Positions 20,727 to 31,000 of a stretch of DNA of 61,325 nucleotides are shown piece by piece. Position 1 is the first letter of the stretch; the number at the start of each line of letters is the position of its first letter. The position numbers and the translations under genes were made by a program. Below the pieces are notes generated by a model. That model was not told the DNA's origin, made no database searches, and worked only from the letters and a program-made list of their open reading frames with translations. The DNA is from Alphaproteobacteria bacterium. Lineage in GTDB: Bacteria; Pseudomonadota; Alphaproteobacteria; Puniceispirillales; UBA1172. The DNA is taken from the NCBI GenBank assembly GCA_021296375.1, contig JAGWAQ010000002.1:1366-62690 (forward strand), written 5' to 3'.

Positions 20727-21091
20727 TAGTCGCGCGTCCTGTCTTGTTCATCGTCATCAGCCGGGGTGTCCTTCTGATGATCAAAATACCCAATTTTCAG
20801 CCCATGACCGGTGGCCATGCGCCAGATGTTCATCATGCCGGCCCCTGCACCCAGGAAGAAGAACACAATCATCAACAAGGGTGATGTGCCCAGCCAGCTG
20901 TCCAGAAGCCATCCGATAAACCCGCCAACAGCTACCCCCGCCACCATTTCCGTGGCGATACGCCCGACAAGTGCCATCGCTTCAGCGGGGAGTTTGGCGC
21001 GATTATCCGCCTTTTTTCCCGCGTTTTTCCGTGCGTCATCAGCAGTTTTGATGCGTTGCTGAAGGGCCGTTAGAGACTCATCGTCTGTCAT
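20726..21091 (-). CDS. atpI: AtpI/AtpZ-like F0 assembly protein
   Basis: 121-aa ORF with two TM helices. First gene of the F0 operon. Its stop overlaps the atpB start. Confidence 0.65.
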   Translation of the reverse strand: MTDDESLTALQQRIKTADDARKNAGKKADNRAKLPAEAMALVGRIATEMVAGVAVGGFIGWLLDSWLGTSPLLMIVFFFLGAGAGMMNIWRMATGHGLKIGYFDHQKDTPADDDEQDRTRD

Positions 21092-21119
21092 CGTAGGGGC
21101 CTTGTCATCGTAGGGGCCT
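21086..21119. repeat. perfect 17-bp tandem duplication (tgtcatcgtaggggcct x2) spanning the atpI start codon
   Basis: Direct reading of 21086-21102 and 21103-21119. Confidence 0.95.
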
Positions 21120-21356
21120 CGTCCAATGAAGGGCAGTCAGCGTCGCCATTCTGCTGGTTGTGCAGGAAATAGTGATGTCACCCCTTCATGAGCGTCATAA
21201 GTTCAAGCCGAAAGGCGGTGTTTGAGACAACCTCAAAACAATGCCAAATTCGCCGTCAAATTAGGGATTGCGGCATCTTGTGTCAAGCCTTGATGACGTG
21301 TTGGTCTGCCGACATCGGCGGGGTGGGGTGGGGCATAGTGTCCCACATCCCGGGGG

Positions 21357-24300
21357 CTATGCGGTTTCTCTATATTTTTCAGCGGTTTGCAGGTCAACGG
21401 AGACGATGCGGCTGACCCCTTTTTGTTCCATGGTCACGCCATACAAACGGTCCATTTTGGCCATGGTCAGGCGGTGGTGGGTCACGACGATGAATCGGGT
21501 GCCGGTTTCATCGGCAATTTGGCCCAGCATATCGCAGAATCGCGCGACATTGGTGTCATCAAGAGGGGCGTCGACATCATCGAGAATACAGATCGGCGAC
21601 GGGTTGGTGAGGAATACGGCAAAAATCAGCGCCAGCGCCGTCAGGGCTTGCTCACCCCCCGACAACAATGACAGGGATTGCAGTTTCTTGCCCGGCGGGC
21701 TGGCAAGGATTTCCAGCCCCGCTTCAAGAGGGTCATCGGCTTCCGTCAAGGTCAGTTCCGCCGACCCGCCATTGAACAAGGTCTTGAACAAGGTTTCAAA
21801 ATAGCGGTTTACATCAGCAAAGCTCTTGAGCAGGCGTTCGCGGCCTTCACGGTTGAGCTGATTGATGGCGGAGCGCAATTTCGCAATCGCGCCGTTGAGG
21901 TCATCACGTTCGGTATGGATGCTGGCGATGCGGCTGTCGACCTCTTCCATTTCAGCTTCTGCCCGCAGGTTGACAGGGCCGATGTTCTCGCGCTCCCGCA
22001 ACAGGCGTTCATGGCGGCTTTCAAGGGCGGTGATGGTGGCCTCGTCGGTATCGATCGTGTCCTCGGGGTTCAGTTCTGCCAGGGCGCGCAGCCCGTCGGG
22101 GATGACATTCAGCCGTTCGCGAATACGATTGACGATGCTGTCACGGTCCTGCATGGCGAGGTCACGCTGGGATTCAGCGCGAATATAGGTCTCGCGTTGC
22201 TGGGCGAGGGCTTGATCAGCGTCACGCTGGGCGTTTTCCGCCAGCGCCAGGGTGGTTTCCGCTTCCGCCAGCCTATCTGCCGCCTGCTGACGATTGGCTT
22301 CGGCGGTGTCGATCGCATCCCCGAGCTTGTGGCGGCGGGCGGTGATGTCATCAGGCTGGCTCGCCAGTTGACGGGCATCCTGCTCGGCCTGGGATTGACG
22401 GGCGGTCAGCTCATCAAGCCGCGCATGGGCGCCTTTCTGGCGATCTGTCCAGATCGACATTTCGCGCTCGATATCCCGCATCCGCTTCTCGCGGCCCTCA
22501 CGGGCAGAGCGGATGACGCGCTCACTCCCCATCGCTTCAGCCAGCCGCTGGCGGCATTCTTCGGCCTTGGCGGTCAAGGTGTCGACATCAAGGGTCAGGG
22601 CTTCGGGGTTTGACAGGCTGTCGGCTTCAGCTTTGGCTTCCGCCAGGGCTGCGGTCAGCTCGGCGCGGGTTTCTGTTAATTCATCATGGCGACGCTGCGC
22701 CGATTGATGGGCCGCCTTGGCGGTTTCATCAGCGCGGGTGGCGGCGTTCAACTGCTGGTCAGCGGCGCGCTCATCATCACCAAGGGTGCGGCTTTCCGCT
22801 TCAAGCTCAGCAAGGGTTTTGGCCGTCGCCGCGGCTTTTTCTTCCGCTTCGGCAAGGGTGGTTTGCTTGCCGTCACGTTCGGCCGTCAGCTCGCGCAGGC
22901 GGGCCTCTTGCTTCAGGCGTTGCGCGGCGCTCGTCTCAGCCCCGACGGGTTGCACGAACCCGTCCCAACGCCAAAGCCCGCCGTCGGCCGTGGTGATGGC
23001 CTGGCCAGGCTCAAGGCGGGATTGCGCGGAAGCGGCGGCATCAGCACTGTCGGCCACACCAATGCCGGAAATCGCCGCCGTCAGGGCGCCCGGCAAGTCA
23101 AGGTGATCGGCCAATGGCGTCATGCCTTGCGGCGGCGTCAGGGCGGGGCCAGTGCTGTCCAGCCAATAGGCGTTGTCATGGCGGCCCACCGGGGCCGACA
23201 GGCTGTCCCCCAATACCGCGGCCAGCGCAACCTCAAGCCCGCCGGACACTTTAATCGCGCTGGATACCGGGGTGCCGCTGTTGGTGTCCTGCGGGGTCAG
23301 GAGCGCGGACAGCGCATCTGATTCCGCGCGGATGCGGGCAAATTCTTCACGCGCTTCGCTGACTTTTGCGTTGGCGGTGCGGGCGGCATCCTGGGCGGTG
23401 GTCAGTTGGCCATCGCTGGCGGCGCGTTTGGTTTTGATGGCGGCGGCATGCTCTTCGGCCTTCAGGCGTTCGGCGGCATGGCGCTCCGCCGTCGCCTTGA
23501 GTTGATCAAGGTTGAGCTGATCAAGGGCCGTGTTGGCTTGCGCCAGGCGCTGTTCATGTTCACCGATGCGGCGTGTCAGGGCTTCGGTTTCACGTTCCGC
23601 GGCGCGGCTTTTGGCGGCGGCATCGGCCAGCGCTTGTTCGGCATCGGTGGCGGCGGCGCGCGCCTGCTCCAGCTCTTCAGCGGCGGCCGCCCGTTTCGGT
23701 TCATCGTCATTATTGGCGGCGGTGATGGCGGCTTGCTCTTCCGTCAGCGCTTCGATGGCGCGGTCAGCGTCGGTCAGGAGCTGCTTTTCACGGGCAAAAT
23801 CGGTGGTGATCTGCTGGCGACGTGCGGCGACATCTTGAACCGCTTTCTTGACCCGTTCTTCCTCCTGGTCAAGGGCGTCGCGTTCAAGGGAAAGCCGCTG
23901 GAATTCCGCTGCCCGCACCGCTTCGTCCTGACGCAAAGGCGGCAGGGTTTCCGCGACCGTGTTGCGATGGCGGGATTTCGATGACGCTTCTTCAGTGGCG
24001 GCGGCGGTCAGTCGTTCGGCGTCCCGAAGTTGCGCCTGGGCGTCTTCGAGCCGTCCGACGGTTAACGTGAATCGCGCCAGCATCAGATGCGCGTCAGCCT
24101 TGCGGATGCGATCAGCGATCGAGCGGTAGCGCGCCGCTTGCCGCGCCTGTTTCGTCAGGCTGGCTTTTTGTTCATCAAGCTGGATGAGAATATCCTCAAG
24201 CCGCTCAAGATTGGTTTCCGCGGTGTTGAGCCGCAATTCCGCTTCATGGCGGCGCTGGTGCAGCCCGCGAATATTGGCGGCTTCTTCAAGCAGATTGCGG

Positions 24301-24779
24301 CGTTCGACAGGCTTGGCGTTGATGATGGCGCCAACCTTGCCCTGGGAGACAATGCCGCTTGACCGAGAGCCGGTGGCCATATCAGCAAACAGCAATTGCA
24401 CGTCACGGGCGCGCGACGCCTTGCCGTTGATCTTGAAGCTCGAGCCTTTGCCGCGTTCAATGCGGCGGGTGATTTCAATATCATCACCATCATTGAGGGC
24501 AGAAGGCGCGGTGCGCGCGGAATTATCAAGCGTCAGGGTGACTTCAGCAAAATTGCGCGACGGGCGGCTGGCGGAACCGGCGAAGATAATGTCTTCAAGT
24601 TCGCCGCCGCGCATGGATTTGGCGGAGCTTTCCCCCATCAACCAGCGCAGGCTTTCGACAATATTGGACTTGCCGCACCCGTTGGGCCCGACAATCCCCG
24701 TCATGCCATCGTCGATGCTGATGTGTTCAGGTTCAGCAAAAGACTTGAAGCCAGTCATTTTCAGATTGGTGAAAATCAC
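21357..24779 (-). CDS. smc: chromosome segregation protein SMC
   Basis: 1140-aa ORF. Walker A GPNGCGKSNI, long coiled coils, hinge, LSGGEQ signature, and Walker B ILDDVDAPLDD. Confidence 0.92.
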   Translation of the reverse strand: MIFTNLKMTGFKSFAEPEHISIDDGMTGIVGPNGCGKSNIVESLRWLMGESSAKSMRGGELEDIIFAGSASRPSRNFAEVTLTLDNSARTAPSALNDGDDIEITRRIERGKGSSFKINGKASRARDVQLLFADMATGSRSSGIVSQGKVGAIINAKPVERRNLLEEAANIRGLHQRRHEAELRLNTAETNLERLEDILIQLDEQKASLTKQARQAARYRSIADRIRKADAHLMLARFTLTVGRLEDAQAQLRDAERLTAAATEEASSKSRHRNTVAETLPPLRQDEAVRAAEFQRLSLERDALDQEEERVKKAVQDVAARRQQITTDFAREKQLLTDADRAIEALTEEQAAITAANNDDEPKRAAAAEELEQARAAATDAEQALADAAAKSRAAERETEALTRRIGEHEQRLAQANTALDQLNLDQLKATAERHAAERLKAEEHAAAIKTKRAASDGQLTTAQDAARTANAKVSEAREEFARIRAESDALSALLTPQDTNSGTPVSSAIKVSGGLEVALAAVLGDSLSAPVGRHDNAYWLDSTGPALTPPQGMTPLADHLDLPGALTAAISGIGVADSADAAASAQSRLEPGQAITTADGGLWRWDGFVQPVGAETSAAQRLKQEARLRELTAERDGKQTTLAEAEEKAAATAKTLAELEAESRTLGDDERAADQQLNAATRADETAKAAHQSAQRRHDELTETRAELTAALAEAKAEADSLSNPEALTLDVDTLTAKAEECRQRLAEAMGSERVIRSAREGREKRMRDIEREMSIWTDRQKGAHARLDELTARQSQAEQDARQLASQPDDITARRHKLGDAIDTAEANRQQAADRLAEAETTLALAENAQRDADQALAQQRETYIRAESQRDLAMQDRDSIVNRIRERLNVIPDGLRALAELNPEDTIDTDEATITALESRHERLLRERENIGPVNLRAEAEMEEVDSRIASIHTERDDLNGAIAKLRSAINQLNREGRERLLKSFADVNRYFETLFKTLFNGGSAELTLTEADDPLEAGLEILASPPGKKLQSLSLLSGGEQALTALALIFAVFLTNPSPICILDDVDAPLDDTNVARFCDMLGQIADETGTRFIVVTHHRLTMAKMDRLYGVTMEQKGVSRIVSVDLQTAEKYRETA

Positions 24780-24825
24780 GTCAGCGTGCCCATGTTAAAT
24801 TGCGCTTAATAAAACCACTTGAAGG

Positions 24826-25542
24826 TCAGGTTGAATATGCATTCAGGACAGAAAGAAATTCATCATAACCTTTATTGCCGCGGATCACCTGATCCTCATT
24901 GACGACAAAGCTTGGGGTGGAATTGATGTCCCAGCGGCTGTAGCCATCCTGCGCAATGGCGATAATGCCTTCCAGCAATGGCCGGTCCTCGATGATACCG
25001 ACAAAAGCGTCATTGCCGATCCCCGCGATGCGGGCAATCCGCGCCAGGGCGGAAACAGGGTCATCAGCCGTCACCCATTGCTTCTGCTGCTTGAACAGGA
25101 TGTCGATCATCCCTTCATAGGCATTGGCAGGAACAGACCGCGCCAGGGCATGGGCGAAAATCGCCGGGCCACGGAGCGGAAAATCGCGCATTTCAAACCG
25201 CACCCGGCCGGTGTCGATCCAGTCGGATTTGATCTTCTTGTAAGCGCCAAAATGGAAATCGGCGCAATGCGAGCAGGACAGGGAGAAATACTCCGCCAAC
25301 AGAATAGGGGCGTTGGGATCACCAATAACGCGCGGGGCCAGCTTGTCTTCAAGCGATGGCGCGGCCAATGCCGGTGTCAGGCCCAAGCCGCCATTAAGAG
25401 CAAGGCCGAGGCCCAATGCCCCGGCACCAGTCATCACCTGGCGGCGGTCAAGCAAAGGGGCGGCGTTCTGGCCGGACCCAGTAGTGGGGGCCGTGGAAGA
25501 GGAGGTAGGGGACATACTATATACAGTGGTTTTTTTCATCAT
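24826..25542 (-). CDS. DsbA-family thiol:disulfide oxidoreductase with a Tat-like signal
   Basis: RRQVMTGAGALGLGLAL twin-arginine-like leader. CSHC active site. Confidence 0.75.
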   Translation of the reverse strand: MMKKTTVYSMSPTSSSTAPTTGSGQNAAPLLDRRQVMTGAGALGLGLALNGGLGLTPALAAPSLEDKLAPRVIGDPNAPILLAEYFSLSCSHCADFHFGAYKKIKSDWIDTGRVRFEMRDFPLRGPAIFAHALARSVPANAYEGMIDILFKQQKQWVTADDPVSALARIARIAGIGNDAFVGIIEDRPLLEGIIAIAQDGYSRWDINSTPSFVVNEDQVIRGNKGYDEFLSVLNAYST

Positions 25543-25645
25543 GACTCACATCATAAGGGGTTGAGAGGGGGCGTGCCAACAGCTTTATGCTTTTCAAATC
25601 AGGCTGAAATCATGGCAAGGGTATGGCTTTCTCATGGTGGCGGCG

Positions 25646-26179
25646 TCAATTTTCCTCACCTGACAGAGACTTTCCAAGGTTATCAAGGGCTTTGCGCAGG
25701 TCTTCCGACACTTCGGGGTCGATCTGCTGGCGGCTTTGGTTGAATTTTTCCGCCGCCTCCGGGGTGATGATGCGGCGAGCTTCGGCCCCGGAAGGCGGGG
25801 CGGATGGCGTTAAAGTTGTTTGGCTGATGGTGATTCGGTTGACCGCCGCGTAACCAAAGACCTGATTCACCCGCCGCATCAGCTCACCGGTCATCATTTG
25901 CATCTCTGGCCCGCGGCCGGAACTGACGTTAATGGTCAAGGTGCCGTCATCGGTTTTATTCGGGGCAAAGCGGATCGAGGCCGGTTCGCACCAGTCGGCG
26001 GCGTCACCGGCGATCAGGCGCCATTCGGTGATGATGCGGTTGATGGTGATGCCGCGTGCCCTGAGGGCCGGGCCGATCAGCTTTGAGGTGACGGCATTAA
26101 GCCGTTGGCTGCGCCCTTTTCGGTGGCCCCCCGGCTGGTGTCGGCGTGACGGTGATGATGTCGATTTTTCCGGCGACAT
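25646..26179 (-). CDS. DUF721/DciA-like protein
   Basis: 177-aa ORF with a basic N-terminus followed by LIGPALRARGITINRIITEWRLIAG ... LTINVSSG. Divergent from mutY, as is common in alphaproteobacteria. Confidence 0.6.
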   Translation of the reverse strand: MSPEKSTSSPSRRHQPGGHRKGRSQRLNAVTSKLIGPALRARGITINRIITEWRLIAGDAADWCEPASIRFAPNKTDDGTLTINVSSGRGPEMQMMTGELMRRVNQVFGYAAVNRITISQTTLTPSAPPSGAEARRIITPEAAEKFNQSRQQIDPEVSEDLRKALDNLGKSLSGEEN

Positions 26180-26296
26180 GAGGTCACTCTCGTCAAATGA
26201 AATGGTTGCTCTTCTTCGGGGTCATGCCCCATGCTGTGGCGCAAATCCGCAAGCTTCGTTATCATGGCCTGATCCTGCGTTGAAAGAAACCTCTTT

Positions 26297-27457
26297 ATGA
26301 CTTCTTCAAGTACCGTTTCATCATCGATCACCCCTCGTCATCAGGCGGCGACAACAGCATTGCTGGACTGGTATGACGTCCATCGGCGGGACCTGCCGTG
26401 GCGCGCCCGTCACGGCCAGCGGCCCAACCCCTATCATGTCTGGTTGTCGGAAATCATGCTTCAGCAGACGACGGTGGCGACGGTCAAATCCTATTTCGCG
26501 CGCTTCACCGAACGCTGGCCTGAGGTGGCTGACCTGGCGGCGGCGGATCGTGATGAGGTGATGTCGGCCTGGGCGGGACTTGGGTATTACGCCCGCGCCC
26601 GCAATCTGCATGCCGCCGCCAAACGTGTCGCCAATGATCACGGCGGGGCGTTTCCGGCGGATGAAGACGGCTTGCGGCAATTGCCCGGGGTGGGGCCCTA
26701 TACCGCCGCCGCCATTGCCGCCATTGCTTTTGGTCAGCGTGCGGTCGTGGTGGATGGCAATATCGAGCGCGTGACGGCGCGCTGGGATGCGGTCACTACA
26801 CCTTTGCCAACCGCTCGCCCTGAACTTTACCGCATCATGGACGCCTTGACCCCTCGGGGTGAGCAAGGGTCGCGTGCCGGTGATTTCGCGCAGGCCATGA
26901 TGGACCTGGGGTCAGGTCTATGCACCCCGCCGCGCAAGACCAAAAATGGCCTGAGCCAGCCGTCCTGCATGATCTGCCCCCTGATGGGCACTTGCGCCGC
27001 CTCCGGCAAGGCGCCGGAAAACTTCCCCGTCAAGAAAGCCAAAACCCCGCGGCCGGATCGCCATGGCGTGGCACTGGTGATTGAGGATCAGGGCGGGCAT
27101 ATCGCCCTTGAGCGGCGGCGTGATGACGGCATGCTGGGGGGGCTTTATGTCTTTCCGGGGAGCGGCTGGGCCGACGGCTCCCCCAAGGTCGCGGATTACC
27201 CCATGACAAGCGATTGCGGCGGCGGAATAATGCTTGATCAATTTGGCCATGGCGAGACCCTCAACACCAGGGTTGAGCATATTTTCAGCCATTTTCGGGT
27301 GATTCTGACGATCCAGCGGTTGCGGATAGAGGCGAAAAAGCCGCCCTTGCCTGATGGCCTTCACTGGGTTGATCGCGGCGAGCTTGCGGCGAAAGCCTTG
27401 CCGACGGTGATGGTCAAGGTCGCCCGTGCCGCGGGGCTGATCGACCCCCGGGATTAA
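26297..27457 (+). CDS. mutY: A/G-specific adenine DNA glycosylase
   Basis: WLSEIMLQQT, HhH-GPD LPGVGPYTAAAIAAIAFG, a 4-Cys cluster (C..PSCMICPLMGTC) and a C-terminal MutT-like domain. Confidence 0.9.
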   Translation: MTSSSTVSSSITPRHQAATTALLDWYDVHRRDLPWRARHGQRPNPYHVWLSEIMLQQTTVATVKSYFARFTERWPEVADLAAADRDEVMSAWAGLGYYARARNLHAAAKRVANDHGGAFPADEDGLRQLPGVGPYTAAAIAAIAFGQRAVVVDGNIERVTARWDAVTTPLPTARPELYRIMDALTPRGEQGSRAGDFAQAMMDLGSGLCTPPRKTKNGLSQPSCMICPLMGTCAASGKAPENFPVKKAKTPRPDRHGVALVIEDQGGHIALERRRDDGMLGGLYVFPGSGWADGSPKVADYPMTSDCGGGIMLDQFGHGETLNTRVEHIFSHFRVILTIQRLRIEAKKPPLPDGLHWVDRGELAAKALPTVMVKVARAAGLIDPRD

Positions 27458-27509
27458 CGGCATATCGCAAGAGGTTTTCTCTGATTCACTCGCTTAATGG
27501 CAAAAAGGA

Positions 27510-29093
27510 TTAATGGCGGAAATGCCGCATGCCGGTGAAGATCATGGCGAGGCCGGCGTCATTGGCGGCCTTGATCACCTCATCATCCTTGACCGATCCC
27601 CCGGGCTGGATGACCGCTGTGGCGCCCGCGTTGGCGGCGGCCAGCAGCCCGTCGGCAAAAGGAAAGAACGCGTCGGACGCCACCACCGAACCGATAACCG
27701 GTGATTGCGCAAGCCCGTTGTTCTCCGCCAGATCATCAGCCTTGCGGGCGGCGATGCGGCTTGAATCAAGCCGCGACATCTGGCCCGCGCCGATCCCCAC
27801 CGTGGCGCCATCCTTGGCATAAACAATGGCGTTGGATTTAACGTGCTTGGCGACGGTCATGGCAAAGATCATGTCGCGCATTTCTTCAGGCGACGGGGCG
27901 CGATCCGTGACACAGCGGTAATCGGTCAAGGCCGTTTGCCCGCGATCACGTTGCTGCGCCAAAAACCCGCCGGCAACAGAACGCAGGACAAGCCCGTCTT
28001 CCGCCGGGTCAGGCATGCCATGGGTTAACAAAAGGCGCAGGTTGGGCTTTGCCGCCATCAAGGCTTTGGCGTCGTCATCGGCATCCGGCGCGATCACCAC
28101 TTCCGTGAAGATCGAGGTGATCCGCTCCGCCAGCCCCCCCGTGAGAGGACGGTTAAGGGCGATAATACCGCCAAATGCCGAAACAGGGTCAGATGCCAGC
28201 GCGGCATCCCAGGCTTTTGTCAGGTCATCATGACTGGCGACCCCGCAGGGGTTGGCATGTTTGATGATGGCGACGGTCGGTTCCCCGAACTCCGCCACCA
28301 GCTCAAAAGCGGCGTCGGTGTCATTGATGTTGTTGAAGCTCAGCGGCTTGCCCTGAACCTGCTCTGAGGACAGCACGCCGGGGCGAGGGGTGCGGCTGGC
28401 GATTTGATAAAGCGCGGCGTCCTGATGGGGGTTTTCGCCATAGCGCATCATGGCGACACGTTGCCCCCCAAACGACAATTCTTTCGGCAGTCGGTCGGCG
28501 CCCTCGCCGCGCATCCAGCCGGCGATGGTGCTGTCATAATGGGCGGTATGGGCAAAAGCCTTGGCCGCCATCAAGCGGCGGGTGGCAAGGCTGGTGCCGC
28601 CTTCAGCGGCGATTTCCTCAAGCGCAAGGGCGTAATCGGCGGCATCGGTGATGACGGTGACAAAGTCATGGTTTTTGGCGGCGGCGCGGATCATGGCAGG
28701 GCCGCCAATATCAATATTTTCCACCAGGTCTTCACGACTGGCGTCGGGGTTGGTCAAGGTCTGGCCAAAGGGGTAAAGATTGACCACCACCAGATCAATG
28801 CCGGTGATGCCTTCGCGTTCCATGTCGGCGGTATGGCCGGGGTCATCGCGGCGCGCCAGAATCCCGCCATGGATCTTCGGGTTGAGGGTTTTAACGCGCC
28901 CATCCATCATTTCAGCGGCGCCGGTGACATCAGCCACCGCGATGACATCCAGCCCGGCGTTCTTCAGCAGGGCGGCGGTGCCGCCGGTTGAGATCACCTC
29001 AACCCCGTGGCGAATTAGGGTGCGGGCCATGTCCTCAATGCCGGTTTTATCCGAAACCGAGAGCAGGGCACGTTTGATGGCAACAGTGGTCAT
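27510..29093 (-). CDS. purH: bifunctional AICAR transformylase / IMP cyclohydrolase
   Basis: From ATG 29093: [18 protein letters not shown] ... STGGTA ... full-length PurH. The longer track ORF merely translates the upstream 12-bp repeats. Confidence 0.9.
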   Translation of the reverse strand: MTTVAIKRALLSVSDKTGIEDMARTLIRHGVEVISTGGTAALLKNAGLDVIAVADVTGAAEMMDGRVKTLNPKIHGGILARRDDPGHTADMEREGITGIDLVVVNLYPFGQTLTNPDASREDLVENIDIGGPAMIRAAAKNHDFVTVITDAADYALALEEIAAEGGTSLATRRLMAAKAFAHTAHYDSTIAGWMRGEGADRLPKELSFGGQRVAMMRYGENPHQDAALYQIASRTPRPGVLSSEQVQGKPLSFNNINDTDAAFELVAEFGEPTVAIIKHANPCGVASHDDLTKAWDAALASDPVSAFGGIIALNRPLTGGLAERITSIFTEVVIAPDADDDAKALMAAKPNLRLLLTHGMPDPAEDGLVLRSVAGGFLAQQRDRGQTALTDYRCVTDRAPSPEEMRDMIFAMTVAKHVKSNAIVYAKDGATVGIGAGQMSRLDSSRIAARKADDLAENNGLAQSPVIGSVVASDAFFPFADGLLAAANAGATAVIQPGGSVKDDEVIKAANDAGLAMIFTGMRHFRH

Positions 29094-29102
29094 GGTCAAA
29101 AT

Positions 29103-29138
29103 CCAGTTGGCGGTCCAGTTGGCGGTCCAGTTGGGGGT
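29103..29138. repeat. 12-bp tandem repeat x3 (ccagttggcggt, ccagttggcggt, ccagttgggggt) 10 bp upstream of the purH start
   Basis: Direct reading. Confidence 0.9.
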
Positions 29139-29210
29139 GGGCTGGCGGCAAAGTGCCAATCATGAGTGGTGTTTTGCCTGACCAGCCGGTGTCAGGTCAA
29201 GTGCAACCGC

Positions 29211-30989
29211 TCACGACGGGGATGACGCGGCGGTGGCGCGCGGCTTGGCCTGCCGTCGCAAGGCCCATTTGACGCTTTTTGAATAGTCGCTGCGGATCGA
29301 CCCCAACGGCATGATGATGGTGATTTGCGCACATTTTTCCATGCCATTTCGCCCCATGATGACACTGTCCTCGACCTGCATTTCCCCGCCCTGGGCTTTG
29401 AAAATCCAGGGCGCGGCGGTGCCGGGCAGGCGCAACAGCACATGGCCGCCCATCGCCATGGTGGCGTTGATTCGGGGGTGGAGATGAAAGCGGATCGTCG
29501 CCTCGTTGGGGATATGCCCCGGCGCCCCCGTATAGAGGATGATGTCTTCGCCGCGCAAATCATTGCCGCCGGTGCACAGGTAGACCCGACGTTGATGGAT
29601 CAGCCCGTGGGTTTTTTCATAGCCGTCATGTTTGGCTTCCGCCAGCCAGCCGCCGGTGGCGGGGCCGGTTTCCGCATGATCAATGGTGGCGTGGCGTCCG
29701 GCGGCGGATGTTGCCAGCAGGTCCGATGAATTGGTGCGGTCGACCGACAGGGTGGAAAATGCCGCGGTGCCAGCAAGCGCCGTGGCAAGATCAGGCAAAT
29801 CATCAAACAGGGCCTTTTGCTGCCCGGCATTGACGATAATGCTGTTGCTGCCGTTGGAAAATTCAAGCGACAAGGCGCCGGCATCAGGGCGCCCCCCTGC
29901 CGCCATGATGTTCGGCAACGCCCATGGCGCTGGCCCGGTGTTCATCAGCATCACGGAACGGCCACTGGTCATGCGGATGAAGCCGCTGTCGCTGGCGTGG
30001 TTGCTGACGCGGCCTTTCGGACCGGCGCGGTCCAGCACATCATCGAGCTGATCAGGGTTAATCTCATGACTGCCCAGAATCCCCATCATGGTGCCGGACG
30101 CATGCCGCCACATTCGCCCCACCGCCCCCATGCGGGTGATGTTGTCTTCAAGCCCTGCCAGCAGTTCCGCCAGTTGCGGGAAGCTGGTGTTCGGCCGATA
30201 ACCGGTTTTTTCAGCATTTGGTTTTCCGGCGAGAGTGTTTTCGGCGGGGGTGTTTTCGGGAGATGTTTTGCCTGCCGCCGCTTTTGGGGGGGCTGAACTT
30301 CGGGCGTTGATGGCATTGAGCCCAATGCGAGCTTCGATCAAATTTGACAGCAAGGTGACATGGAGATCAGGCTGGCGGCTGGCGTGACAGCCATCGGACA
30401 GGATGAGCGAAAAATTTTCAGTGATCAGGGCATCGGCAAGGCTGGTGGGGTCGGAATTTTCTTCCAGAAAAGCCTGCACCAGGATAAGGGCGGTCAAGGC
30501 TTCGATGCGGGCATTGCCATTGGCCAGCCCCCGCCAGTCTTTTTTCAGGATAATGGCTTGCGCCTGAATGGCGTTGACGATCATTTGCTGTTGCGAGGTC
30601 GTCGCCGATGCCCCGAACCACCCCCAGGTCAAGACAAGGGTGCGCAGCCGCTCTGCCAGCAGTTGCGGGTGCCATGTTTCGGCAGACCAGCGCTGGTTCT
30701 GGTCAATCCATTCCAGCACGAAACGTCTGGCCAGGGTGCGCGATTGATTGCCGCCGTATTCGCGCATGTCCCGAAGCCAGGTAAAGCGGTGCCAGCCCTT
30801 GGCGTGGAGTTCAACAGGGTGACTGCCCGACGCCAGTTTCTGGCCTTTGCCGGCGTTGCCTTTCCAGGGGTCCGGGGGTTGCCAGTGTTCAGGGATAGTG
30901 GTGGTGATCAGGCCTTTTCGCACCGGCGACAGAACCGAACGCCGGAGCATGCGCTGCATTATCGATAAACTCCAGGTCTCAACCACCAC
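29211..30989 (-). CDS. heparinase II/III-like family protein, no signal peptide
   Basis: 592-aa ORF. The N-terminal region (W.P.LLAERL..LV..W) and the rsmB-X-purH position match my recollection of the conserved alphaproteobacterial 'heparinase II/III family' gene. The alternative start is ATG 30959. Confidence 0.55.
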   Translation of the reverse strand: MVVETWSLSIMQRMLRRSVLSPVRKGLITTTIPEHWQPPDPWKGNAGKGQKLASGSHPVELHAKGWHRFTWLRDMREYGGNQSRTLARRFVLEWIDQNQRWSAETWHPQLLAERLRTLVLTWGWFGASATTSQQQMIVNAIQAQAIILKKDWRGLANGNARIEALTALILVQAFLEENSDPTSLADALITENFSLILSDGCHASRQPDLHVTLLSNLIEARIGLNAINARSSAPPKAAAGKTSPENTPAENTLAGKPNAEKTGYRPNTSFPQLAELLAGLEDNITRMGAVGRMWRHASGTMMGILGSHEINPDQLDDVLDRAGPKGRVSNHASDSGFIRMTSGRSVMLMNTGPAPWALPNIMAAGGRPDAGALSLEFSNGSNSIIVNAGQQKALFDDLPDLATALAGTAAFSTLSVDRTNSSDLLATSAAGRHATIDHAETGPATGGWLAEAKHDGYEKTHGLIHQRRVYLCTGGNDLRGEDIILYTGAPGHIPNEATIRFHLHPRINATMAMGGHVLLRLPGTAAPWIFKAQGGEMQVEDSVIMGRNGMEKCAQITIIMPLGSIRSDYSKSVKWALRRQAKPRATAASSPS

Positions 30990-31000
30990 GAGGCTCCAGA

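Noticed and set aside
26077-26331. 84-aa minus-strand ORF upstream of the DUF721 gene, overlapping the mutY start.
   Set aside because: It is in a different frame from the DUF721 ORF. Its C-terminal half is His/Arg-rich junk, it overlaps the well-supported mutY 5' end, and no family was recognised.
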